Below, piece after piece: positions 1-9,600 of a DNA stretch of 64,000 nucleotides (position 1 is the first letter of the stretch; each line of letters starts with the position of its first letter). The position numbers and the translations under genes are program-made. The notes beneath the pieces were generated by a model, which had not been told where the DNA came from, searched no databases, and saw only the letters and a list, made by a program, of their open reading frames with translations. This DNA is from Balanoglossus misakiensis (Eukaryota > Animalia > Hemichordata), in assembly GCA_040954595.2 (NCBI GenBank), contig CM082594.2, forward strand, positions 642,208 to 706,207. The letters are read 5' to 3'.

Positions 1-496
1 AAAACAATTTCGATCGCATTGTGACTGTTATCATGTTTACTGACACAATGAACATTAGTTTATTATCCTTGAACACTTTAGGTGACTTTAATCATATTTC
101 ATGTTATTTGATGTTTTTTTTTCTGACGATTTTCGAGACTTTCCTTTGCGCGGGGGAGAATATGGAGAAGTGAGAGATTTACTCCAGAAGGATCACGTGA
201 CGGAAACTCTTACCCTATCAGAGTTGACTTTGTTTCCCGCCAAACTTTATACTTGTAGCAGATTTATTGTAATTTTTGAGTGTTTGCTCCGGCGTTCGTG
301 GGACTTATATATAACCCAGTTTTGGCGCTTTCGGGCAGCATTTTCTAAGGAGCTCTGTGGTGTTACTTTGTTGTTGGATTCAGATGGTAATAAACCAGTG
401 TTTTACCTAGCACTGAATCGTTCGCTTCTTTTCCGACGTCAGTATACTCGAACCCCCTCCCGGGAGTATTGATCACTGCCACGATACTTCCCCACA
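1..496 (+). mobile_element. 3' end of an LTR retrotransposon (3' UTR, PPT, 3' LTR); body lies upstream of the window
   Basis: Purine tract GGGGGAGAA (152-160) is followed by a ~335-bp segment with imperfect terminal inverted repeats (TATGGAGAAG ... CTTCCCCACA), a TATATATAA box (~326) and AATAAA (~389). Satellite sequence starts directly after. No coding part is visible, so the family cannot be assigned. Confidence 0.6.
161..496 (+). repeat. putative 3' LTR (~335 bp)
   Basis: Directly follows the PPT. TGGAGAAGT (163-171) vs ACTTCCCCA (486-494) form an 8/9 inverted match; ends in CA. Boundaries are uncertain by about 2 bp. Confidence 0.55.
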
Positions 497-659
497 ATTT
501 GGTCAAAATTGTAAATTTTTGAAAATTACAAAAAATACCTGTTTTCTACATTTTCGGAAATCTGATGGAGTATAGAATGCTCTTCGTATGTATATATCGA
601 TACAAATTCCACAAAAGACCGTCTAATTTGGCTCACTGCAGACAAAATTGCGTTTTACC

Positions 660-1393
660 TGTGACGATATTCTGTGATATAGCATAATTGTATGTACTTG
701 TAATTGTCTCTCTAGAGTTTACGCCCTCGGTGGTGAGATTTAGTATATTGAATACGTGTGTTTTAGTAGCTTGGGGAGTCTTGAGGACCACCTGGTCTGA
801 CTACTTCCTAGGGGATTTGATAGGATGGCAGCCATAGCGTTTGACGTGTATGATTTTGGATCCATAGACATCCTCCAACCATGTGAGTTTTGACTATCAC
901 TTTTCATCTCAACCTGTGGTATATTTTAATAACCCAGCACACTACACTGAATTGATGTCGAGATGTTCTGAAATTGGGCGTTTAGCCGTACGGAACTTTG
1001 ATCTGTCAATGGACATTGCTGGTGTGGAATGAATGTGCGGTGACGTCTCGGTGTACTTTGGCAAGTGCACGAAGAGTATCTGCGTCGCGGTCAAGTCGGA
1101 CAGGAGGAAGACCTGGATGAATTACCAGACTCCACATGCATGCCAACGGGGACGATGTTTGTCGGACTTTATTTATTAGATTTAAGTTAAGTTAAGATAA
1201 GTTAAGATTGTAACGGATTATTTTCATAAGTTTGACCACGTGGCGTTTTGATTGTCATGTCTGTATATGGTATTTTGATGTACGGGTAATATTTTCATGA
1301 TTAGTAATTAAATCCCCAGGTGGAATATATTTTCGTAGATTTGATCGTTCGATTCGATTTGTCTAGTTCACGTATAGCCGTCGATGCGTGACA
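660..1393 (+). repeat. 5' LTR of the Gmr1-like element
   Basis: TGTGACGATA...GCGTGACA; direct repeat of 6415-7148 (offset 5755) with only two differences noticed (664/6419, 1149/6904). Confidence 0.96.
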
Positions 1394-1411
1394 TGGGGGC
1401 TCGTCCGGGAA
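1394..1411 (+). promoter_or_regulatory. primer-binding site complementary to the tRNA-Pro 3' end
   Basis: TGGGGGCTCGTCCGGGAA immediately after the 5' LTR; 17/18 match to the classical tRNA-Pro PBS TGGGGGCTCGTCCGGGAT. Confidence 0.9.
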
Positions 1412-1485
1412 TTTTAACCGTAGTATTAGTTACGTAGTATAGATTGTGGTATAGATTTATTTTTGAGTATAAATATAGAAGAAAC

Positions 1486-3057
1486 ATGGATATCGCAGAA
1501 TTTATTGAGTCACCATCCCTTGCCGGATTGGAAGCATGTAAAAAGGTGGATTTAATTGAGATTGCAAACAAACTTGAGCTCAGCGTGAAAACTTCCATGC
1601 GTAAAGATGAAATTAAGCGTATCATTGTTGCATTTCTGGTCGATGAGGATAAATTGCCACTAGATGCTTTAATTCAGTATCCTGAAATTGAAGAAAAGTC
1701 GACAAATGCTGATTTGCGTCTGATGGAATTAAAAATGGAATTTGAATTGAAGGAGAAATTGAAATTAAAAGAAATTGAAATGCAGGAAAAATTGAAATTA
1801 AAAGAATTCGAAATTAGAGTAAAAGAAATTGAAACTGCGGAAAAGATGAAAATAAAAGAAATGGAAATGAGAAATAATCTTGAGAGAGAGTCAATGGGTC
1901 TTCGACCAGATGTAAGAAATGAAGAGAGTTATTTTGATTTGGGAAAACAGATACGCTTAGTACCTCAATTTAATGAGGATGATATAGATAAATATTTCCA
2001 ACATTTTGAGCGTGTCGCCAATAGTTTGAAATGGCCTAGGGATAAGTGGCCTTTGTTGTTGCAAAGTGTTTTGAAAGGTAAAGCTCAAGAAGCATACTCG
2101 AATTTGTCCCCTGATGAGTATGTCGATTATGAGGCAGTTAAAACTGCTATTTTGAAAGCGTATGAGTTGGTGCCGGAGGCATATCGACAGAAATTTAGAA
2201 ATTTGCAGAAGTCGAGTCGTACTCATGTTGAATTTGCCCATTTGAAAGAGGTGTATTTTGACCGATGGTGCCGTGCTAAAGATGTTGGAAACGATTTTGA
2301 TAAATTGAAACAGTTAATTTTGATTGAAGAATTTAAGAGTTGCGTGCATGATGAAATCAAAACATATTTAGATGAAAGAGATATTGAGTCATTGCATAAA
2401 GCTGCCACAATGTCTGATGATTTTGCATTGACACATAAACTTTCTTCTTACAGAGGTAAAGACCATGGACCGGGTAGGGCAACAGCGTCAGCGACTGTCG
2501 CCAATGCTGGAGGGTATAAACCAAATTATTCAAAACCTCCCATTCAGGTAAATCGTACAAGTGGATCAAATTTTAATCATCAGAATAAATTGAGAATTGG
2601 CTCGAGCCCTCCCATATGCCATTATTGTAAGAAACCGGGGCACGTAATGTCGTCATGTCCTACGTTTCCTCAGTGTTCATATTGCCAAAAGAGGGGACAC
2701 ACAAGAAATGAATGTTTGCTTTTGAAACGGGCACAGCAAAATGTAGCGTCGCCTAATGCTTTTGTGTCTGCTTGTCCAAAAGTTGTTTCGGAAGCTTTAT
2801 CAAGTCGTATTGATGAAATTAGAAAACCCGTAATTAGAAAGGAATTTCAGCCCTTTGTTACAGATGGGTTTGTGTCAGTTTTTGGGGGAAAACGTATGCC
2901 CATTCGGATCTTGCGGGACACAGGTGCAACCCAGTCTTTGCTGTTAGAAGGAATTTTGCCTGTTGATTCTGGGACGGATACTGGGGAGCAAGTTATTATA
3001 CAAGGTATTGAGGGAAATTTCCTTACGGTACCTCTTCATCGAGTAGTCCTTGATTGA
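1486..3057 (+). CDS. gag: Gag (coiled coil, SCAN-like capsid region, two CCHC zinc knuckles) plus N-terminal half of the aspartic protease
   Basis: First ATG at 1486 (MDIAEF...). Contains PEAYRQKFR...LILIEEFK...AATMSDDF (SCAN-like), CHYCKKPGHVMSSC and CSYCQKRGHTRNEC knuckles, and the LRDTGA protease motif. Ends at TGA 3055-3057. Confidence 0.9.
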   Translation: MDIAEFIESPSLAGLEACKKVDLIEIANKLELSVKTSMRKDEIKRIIVAFLVDEDKLPLDALIQYPEIEEKSTNADLRLMELKMEFELKEKLKLKEIEMQEKLKLKEFEIRVKEIETAEKMKIKEMEMRNNLERESMGLRPDVRNEESYFDLGKQIRLVPQFNEDDIDKYFQHFERVANSLKWPRDKWPLLLQSVLKGKAQEAYSNLSPDEYVDYEAVKTAILKAYELVPEAYRQKFRNLQKSSRTHVEFAHLKEVYFDRWCRAKDVGNDFDKLKQLILIEEFKSCVHDEIKTYLDERDIESLHKAATMSDDFALTHKLSSYRGKDHGPGRATASATVANAGGYKPNYSKPPIQVNRTSGSNFNHQNKLRIGSSPPICHYCKKPGHVMSSCPTFPQCSYCQKRGHTRNECLLLKRAQQNVASPNAFVSACPKVVSEALSSRIDEIRKPVIRKEFQPFVTDGFVSVFGGKRMPIRILRDTGATQSLLLEGILPVDSGTDTGEQVIIQGIEGNFLTVPLHRVVLD

Positions 3058-3060
3058 AGT

Positions 3061-6000
3061 TTGGTGTCTGGTCCTGTAGTGGTGGGGATTCGACCGTCAT
3101 TGCCGATTAAAGGTATATCTTTGTTGCTAGGCAATGATTTGGCCGGAGGTCGGGTCATTGCTGATCCTAAAGTGGTGTTTGGTCCAGTTACGTCTGCCGA
3201 AACCGAAAAGCTGGAGAATGACATTCCCGGTATTTTTCCTGCTTGTGCCGTAACACGTTCTCAGGTCAAGCACATGAACAAAGAAGCGCATAATTTAGAA
3301 TCGATGTCTGATGATCTTGATTTGTCTGAGACTTTTATGGGAAAGTTGATTTCGAATGTTGTAGACGATGAAAGTTTATTGAAAGTTGATGATAATGTTT
3401 CGAAAACGTCAGTCGATAAAGTTGATTCGAAAATGTCGCTGTCTCGTGAGAAATTGATATCAGAACAGAGTAAAGATTCCGATCTTGCTCCACTGTTTGA
3501 AGTGGTTTTGTCTGTCGATGAGTTGAAAAAGGTTCCAAGGGGTTACTTTGTGAATCAGGGAGTACTGATGAGAAAATGGCGTCCTCCCACTGAGCCTGCG
3601 TCGAATGAATGGTCGGTATTGTACCAAATTGTTGTTCCTGAAAGTTATCGATCTCAGATTTTGGGATTGGCCCATGAGGGTCCAATGGGTGGACACTTGG
3701 GTGTTTCCAAGACTATGTGGAAAATTACTCGACATTTCTATTGGCCAAAAATTAGAAAGAGCGTTGCTGATTATTGCAGAAATTGTCATGTTTGTCAGTT
3801 GGTCGGAAAACCTAATCAATCTGTTCCTGTCGCTCCGTTGAAACCCATCCCTGCCTTCGATGAACCGTTTAGTAAGATTCTGATTGATTGTGTAGGGCCT
3901 CTGCCAAAAACTAGATCTAGGAATCAGTATTTGCTGACTATTATGTGTATGTCTACGCGTTTTCCTGAGGCGATTCCACTTCGGAACATAACGGCTCCAG
4001 TGATTGCCGGAGCACTGTCACGTTTCTTTGCATGGGTTGGATTTCCACGAGAGATTCAATCTGACCAGGCAACTAATTTTATGTCTGGGTTATTTCAGCA
4101 GCTAGTTTATCACATGGGGATAAATCAGGTTAAATCCAGTGCGTATCATCCAGAGTCGCAGGGGGCTTTAGAGAGGTTCCATTCTACCTTGAAAAATATG
4201 ATTCGAGTGTATTGTTTCAACAATGACAAGGATTGGGACGAAGGGGTGCATTTGTTGCTTTTTGCAGTTCGAGAGTCTGTTCAGGAGTCGTTGGGGTTTA
4301 GTCCATTTGAATTGATATTCGGCCATCGAGTGCGCGGTCCTCTTAAATTGCTGAAGGAACAATGGCTTGACGACAGTCCATCGGGTATGACCTTGTTGAA
4401 GTATGTGTCCACATTTAAATCCAGACTCAGTGAGGCATGTGAACTTGCTCGAGCTAATTTGAAATCATCCCAAAATAAAATGAAACACTTGTACGATAGG
4501 GTAGCGAAGAGTCGCGCCTTTAAACCTGGTGACAAAGTATTAGCGTTGTTGCCCATAACCGGAAATGCTTTGAGCGCACGTTTTCATGGTCCGTATAAAA
4601 TTCTAGAGAAGGTTGATGATGTAAATTATGTAATTGAAACTCCTGATCGTCGAAAGGCGACACAATTATGTCATATAAACATGTTAAAGCTTTATCGTAA
4701 TGAAAACCATGTACATAATGTATTGCCTATAATGTCTCCAGAAGTAGATCATGAAACAGACTCGACATATGTAGCAGTTGCTGACGTTAAGAGCGACCAT
4801 GATGTAAAATTGAAAAACTCAGAGCTGTTGAGTAATCGGGATACTTTATTGGGGCATTTGTCACCTGACCACAGGAAAGATATTAGTCAGTTATTAGATA
4901 AGTATGTCGATTTGTTTCCTGATGTGCCGAAGAGGACTAATGTGTGTTTTCATGATGTAGATGTGGGAAATACCAGACCCATCAAACAACATCCATATCG
5001 GGTGAACCCTGAGAAGCTTGAGAAAATTCGGGGTGAAATTAAATATATGTTGAATAATGATATCATCGAAACTAGCAATAGCTGTTGGGCTTCGCCATGT
5101 CTTTTGGTGGATAAGCCTGATGGCGGTGTAAGATTTTGTACTGATTACAGGAAAGTTAATGCCATCACCAAAACTGATTCTTATCCCATCCCTCGGATTG
5201 ATGACTGTATAGATCGCATTGGTAAAGCACAGTATATAACTACTTTAGACTTGCTTAAAGGTTATTGGTGTGTTCCATTGACTGAAAGAGCCAAGGAGAT
5301 ATCTGCTTTTGCCACACCAGATGGTTTGTATCAGTATAAAGTTATGCCTTTTGGCATGAAAAATTCTGGAGCTACTTTTCAACGAATGATGAATTCATGT
5401 GTAGAAGGGATGAAAGAAACAGATCCCTATATCGATGACATTGCCTCATATGGTGGTGTACTTTGGTCTGAACATGTAGCATCACTTGACAAATTGTTTG
5501 ACCGATTGCGACGAGATAACTTGACTGTAAATTTGAGTAAATGTCAATTCGGAAAGGCTAAAGTTAGGTATTTAGGCCATATTGTGGGGGGAGGTGAAGT
5601 GGCTCCTCTTACTGCTAAGATTAAAGATATTGTTGAATATCCGGTGCCAGTAAATCGACGTGGTTTAATGCGTTTCTTGGGGATGGCCGGTTACTACAGG
5701 AAATTTTGTAGAAACTTTTCTGAAGTGGCTGCCCCTCTAACCAATTTGTTAAAGAAGGGCAGAAAATTTGAATGGTCTTCGTCATGTCAGATATCATTTG
5801 ACAAAGTCAAATCGTTGCTGTGTACTGTACCAGTGTTGAAAGCACCCGACTTTACCAAACCATTCGCATTGAATGTAGACGCGAGTGACGTGGGAGCTGG
5901 GGCTGTATTACTTCAATTTGATGGTGCTAATGTGGCACACTCAGTTGCTTATTTTTCTAGGAAATTTAATTCTTGTCAACAGAATTACTCTACTATCGAG

Positions 6001-6237
6001 AAGGAAGCCCTTGCTTTAGTCTTAGCAGTTCAGCACTTTGAAATCTATGTAACTTCATCTGGGAAACCCGTTGTAGTTTTTACAGACCATAATCCGCTGG
6101 TATTCTTGCATAAGATGAGAAATAAGAATCGACGATTGCTTAATTGGAGTTTGTTGTTACAAGAATATGACTTGGAGATTAGGCACATTCGGGGAAAAGA
6201 TAATGTATGCGCCGATGCTTTATCCCGTATGTATTAA
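3061..6237 (+). CDS. pol: Pol: protease C-terminus, integrase, reverse transcriptase, RNase H
   Basis: Same frame as gag. LLLGNDL protease end; HHCC finger (HEGPMGGH...CHVC); D,D,E core (LIDC, QSDQ, ALERF); GPY motif; RT (FCTDYRKVN, MPFG, YIDD); RNase H (VDASD, EKEALA, TDH, ADALSR). Confidence 0.93.
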   Translation: MVSGPVVVGIRPSLPIKGISLLLGNDLAGGRVIADPKVVFGPVTSAETEKLENDIPGIFPACAVTRSQVKHMNKEAHNLESMSDDLDLSETFMGKLISNVVDDESLLKVDDNVSKTSVDKVDSKMSLSREKLISEQSKDSDLAPLFEVVLSVDELKKVPRGYFVNQGVLMRKWRPPTEPASNEWSVLYQIVVPESYRSQILGLAHEGPMGGHLGVSKTMWKITRHFYWPKIRKSVADYCRNCHVCQLVGKPNQSVPVAPLKPIPAFDEPFSKILIDCVGPLPKTRSRNQYLLTIMCMSTRFPEAIPLRNITAPVIAGALSRFFAWVGFPREIQSDQATNFMSGLFQQLVYHMGINQVKSSAYHPESQGALERFHSTLKNMIRVYCFNNDKDWDEGVHLLLFAVRESVQESLGFSPFELIFGHRVRGPLKLLKEQWLDDSPSGMTLLKYVSTFKSRLSEACELARANLKSSQNKMKHLYDRVAKSRAFKPGDKVLALLPITGNALSARFHGPYKILEKVDDVNYVIETPDRRKATQLCHINMLKLYRNENHVHNVLPIMSPEVDHETDSTYVAVADVKSDHDVKLKNSELLSNRDTLLGHLSPDHRKDISQLLDKYVDLFPDVPKRTNVCFHDVDVGNTRPIKQHPYRVNPEKLEKIRGEIKYMLNNDIIETSNSCWASPCLLVDKPDGGVRFCTDYRKVNAITKTDSYPIPRIDDCIDRIGKAQYITTLDLLKGYWCVPLTERAKEISAFATPDGLYQYKVMPFGMKNSGATFQRMMNSCVEGMKETDPYIDDIASYGGVLWSEHVASLDKLFDRLRRDNLTVNLSKCQFGKAKVRYLGHIVGGGEVAPLTAKIKDIVEYPVPVNRRGLMRFLGMAGYYRKFCRNFSEVAAPLTNLLKKGRKFEWSSSCQISFDKVKSLLCTVPVLKAPDFTKPFALNVDASDVGAGAVLLQFDGANVAHSVAYFSRKFNSCQQNYSTIEKEALALVLAVQHFEIYVTSSGKPVVVFTDHNPLVFLHKMRNKNRRLLNWSLLLQEYDLEIRHIRGKDNVCADALSRMY

Positions 6238-6404
6238 TTAACTGTAATTGACTGGTGTATATATCTCTCATGAAAGATATATTTTGCTACTTAAGAGGAA
6301 AATATTTAAAGTTGTAAAAAAAAAAAAGTATATATTGTATTTGTAAATCTAGAGTTAGAATTCTTAGAAATTTTGGAATCTTCAATACCAAAATTTCTTG
6401 TTCT

Positions 6405-6414
6405 GGAAGGGGGG
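6405..6414 (+). promoter_or_regulatory. polypurine tract of the Gmr1-like element
   Basis: GGAAGGGGGG directly before the 3' LTR. Confidence 0.88.
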
Positions 6415-7148
6415 TGTGGCGATATTCTGTGATATAGCATAATTGTATGTACTTGTAATTGTCTCTCTAGAGTTTACGCCCTCGGTGGTGAGATTTAGTA
6501 TATTGAATACGTGTGTTTTAGTAGCTTGGGGAGTCTTGAGGACCACCTGGTCTGACTACTTCCTAGGGGATTTGATAGGATGGCAGCCATAGCGTTTGAC
6601 GTGTATGATTTTGGATCCATAGACATCCTCCAACCATGTGAGTTTTGACTATCACTTTTCATCTCAACCTGTGGTATATTTTAATAACCCAGCACACTAC
6701 ACTGAATTGATGTCGAGATGTTCTGAAATTGGGCGTTTAGCCGTACGGAACTTTGATCTGTCAATGGACATTGCTGGTGTGGAATGAATGTGCGGTGACG
6801 TCTCGGTGTACTTTGGCAAGTGCACGAAGAGTATCTGCGTCGCGGTCAAGTCGGACAGGAGGAAGACCTGGATGAATTACCAGACTCCACATGCATGCCA
6901 ACGAGGACGATGTTTGTCGGACTTTATTTATTAGATTTAAGTTAAGTTAAGATAAGTTAAGATTGTAACGGATTATTTTCATAAGTTTGACCACGTGGCG
7001 TTTTGATTGTCATGTCTGTATATGGTATTTTGATGTACGGGTAATATTTTCATGATTAGTAATTAAATCCCCAGGTGGAATATATTTTCGTAGATTTGAT
7101 CGTTCGATTCGATTTGTCTAGTTCACGTATAGCCGTCGATGCGTGACA
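6415..7148 (+). repeat. 3' LTR of the Gmr1-like element
   Basis: Copy of 660-1393, followed by TSD TACC. Confidence 0.96.
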
Positions 7149-8719
7149 TACCAAATTTTCCTTGAAAATGTCATTTTTAGAAAAAATAAATAAAAAAACC
7201 TTTGTTCTTCGAATTTGGTGCCCTGATCATATATGACATGTTGATTGTATGTTAAAACTTTCGACCACTCCAAAAATGCAGATATATTGACGGAATTCAA
7301 GAAAAAATAGCCATTTTGACCATATTTTGACAAAAATGGTAAATTTTTAAAAAATCATAAAAAATTAACTCTTTTCTTCATTTTCGGAAATATTATGGAG
7401 CATGAAGTGTCGTTCTCTTGCAAAAAGTGCTGCAAATTCCAGAAAAGGCGGTATAATTTGAATCACCCAAGACAAAATTACCATTTTCAACTTTTTTTCG
7501 AAAAATTGTCTTTTTTACAAAATAAATAAGAATAAATTCTTTTCTTAGTTTCAAACGGGTAGAGATACTTTCCACACGGGTTTTCTAACATTGAATTCCC
7601 GTTCATCAACTCAGATTTCCTACAGCATAAGTCGGCTAAAACCCTGACACTCTAGAGCAGAAACAGTTGCACACTGGTAACGTTGAACAAGTCGATTTTT
7701 CTACGGCCTGGCTCCGCTAAATGTCCGTCACAATATGACAGACACTAGCGTACGTTAGCAACGGTGATCAAGTCAGATTTTCTACGGCATGGCTTGGATA
7801 AAGCCCCGGCACTCTAGAGCAGAAAAACGCGTACAGAGACCACGTTGATCAAGTCTGATCTCCTACGGCTTGGCTCGACTGAAACCCCGGCACACTATGA
7901 CAGACACTAGCGTTCGTTAGCAACGTTGATTAAGTCAGATTTCCTACGGCATGGCTTGGCCCTGGCACTCTAGAGCAGAAACACGCGTACAGAGACCACG
8001 TTGATCTACTCACATTTCCTTCGGCTTGGCACGGCTGATGCCCCGGCACTATATATAGGACACAGACTGGCGTAAGTTAACAACGGTAATCACGTCGGGT
8101 TTCCTACGGCCTGGCTCAGCTGAAGCCCCGGCACTCTAGAGCAGAATCATGCGTACATTGACCACGTTGATCAAGTCAGATTTCCTATGGCGTGACTCGG
8201 CTGGTGCACCGGCTCTATATGACACAGACTGGCGTAAGTTATCAATGGTGATTACGTCGGATTTCCTACGGCCTGGTTTAGCTGAAGCCCCGGCACTTTA
8301 GAGCGGAAACACGCGTACATTGAACACGATGATCAAGTCAGATCTCCTACGGCCTGGCTCGACTAAAACCCCGGCACACCATGACAGACACTAGCGTTCG
8401 TTAGCAACGGTGATCAAGTCGGATTTCCTTCGGCCTGGCTCTGCAAAAGACCCGACACTCTAGTACAAAGACGTTGGCTAAGTCGGGCAAACCGAAGAGG
8501 GAAAGTCACAGCGGGTCAACACTCGACATTTGTTCGGGTAGGACTGCATTATTGCCTGTCAATTTATAGAGAAAGCCCGAATTTAACCAGGGCGCTTCAA
8601 ACACCGACGTTAGTTGGGGGCACGGCCTGCAGTACTGCCGGGTAAGTTCACATCGGCGTACCGCATATAATGTAGGGGGGGGGGGAACAGAACGGTTCAA
8701 TACTACATTTATTAGATAT

Positions 8720-9600
8720 CAGCTAATTTTGGACAATCATCTAAAATCTAAATCATTTTTTCATATTTGGATATCTGATGATGTATGAAATTTCCATTAT
8801 TTGTAAACATGGTGGTGATTATAAAAAATGCACTCTGAATGAGCTGATTTAATACAAAATTGCGTTTTATTCGTTTTTGCACCAAAAAGGTCATTTTTAG
8901 GCAAAACATTCTTTATTTTATTAATTCGGTGACCTGATCATATATAAACAATTGCTTGTATGTTAAAAGTTTTTATGACTTTTAAAAGCAATGACACTGG
9001 CGGCATTCAACACGAAAATAAAAATTTTAGCCACAATTTGGTCAAAATGGTAAATTTTTGAAAATTACAAAAAATACCTGTTTTCTACATTTTCGGAAAT
9101 CTGATGGAGTATAGAATGCTCTTCGTATGTATATATCGATACAAATTCCACAAAAGACCGTCTAATTTGGCTCACTGCAGACAAAATTGCGTTTTACCAA
9201 ATTTTCCTTGAAAATGTCATTTTTAGAAAAAAAAAAATAAAAAAACCTTTGTTCTTCGAATTTGGTGCCCTGATCATATATGACATGTTGATTGTATGTT
9301 AAGACTTTCGACCACTCCAAAAATGCAGAGATATTGACGGAATTCAAGACAAAATAGCCATTTTGGCCATATTTTGACAAAATGGTAAATTTTTAAAAAA
9401 TCATAAAAAATAACTCTTTTCTTATTTTTTCGGAAATATTATGGAGCATGAAGTGTCGTTCTCTTGTAAAAAGTGCTGCAAATTCCAGAAAAGGCGGTAT
9501 AATTTAAATCACCCAAGACAAAATTACCATTTTCGACTTGTTTTCGAAAAATTGTCTTTTTTACAAAATAAATAAGAATAAATTCTTTTCTTAGTTTCAA
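8720..9600. repeat. AT-rich part of one unit: ~2.6 diverged copies of a ~330-bp subrepeat
   Basis: Homologous motif pairs: aaaattgcgtttta 8856/9183, tgatcatatat 8935/9271, aaatggtaaattttt ~9045/~9380, ttcggaaat ~9092/~9429. Spacing 327-337 bp. Confidence 0.8.

Larger units (their letters stand above)
660..7148 (+). mobile_element. Full-length Gypsy/Ty3 LTR retrotransposon, Gmr1-like (PR-INT-RT-RH order)
   Basis: Two 734-bp LTRs (TG...CA), 4-bp TSD TACC (656-659 and 7149-7152) that restores the satellite sequence cgttttaccaaatt, PBS, PPT, and gag-pol with integrase upstream of RT. Confidence 0.96.

Noticed and set aside
101-472. 123-aa ORF
   Set aside because: Runs across the putative PPT/LTR and has no recognisable motifs.
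1181-1209. (TTAAG)n-like short repeat in the LTRs
   Set aside because: Simple low-complexity LTR sequence; too short and degenerate for a telomeric or functional call.
1368-4556. Short antisense and alternative-frame ORFs within gag-pol
   Set aside because: Shadow ORFs of the long retrotransposon frame.
8397-8413. CENP-B box-like gTTCGttagcaaCGGtg
   Set aside because: Only 7 of the 9 essential positions match; expected by chance in CpG-rich repeats.
7600-8460. Resemblance of cctacggc / accacgttga / ttagcaacg to 5S rRNA
   Set aside because: Only scattered 8-10-mers in the wrong spacing. There is no 120-nt colinear match, no box C (TGGATGGG) and no terminator.
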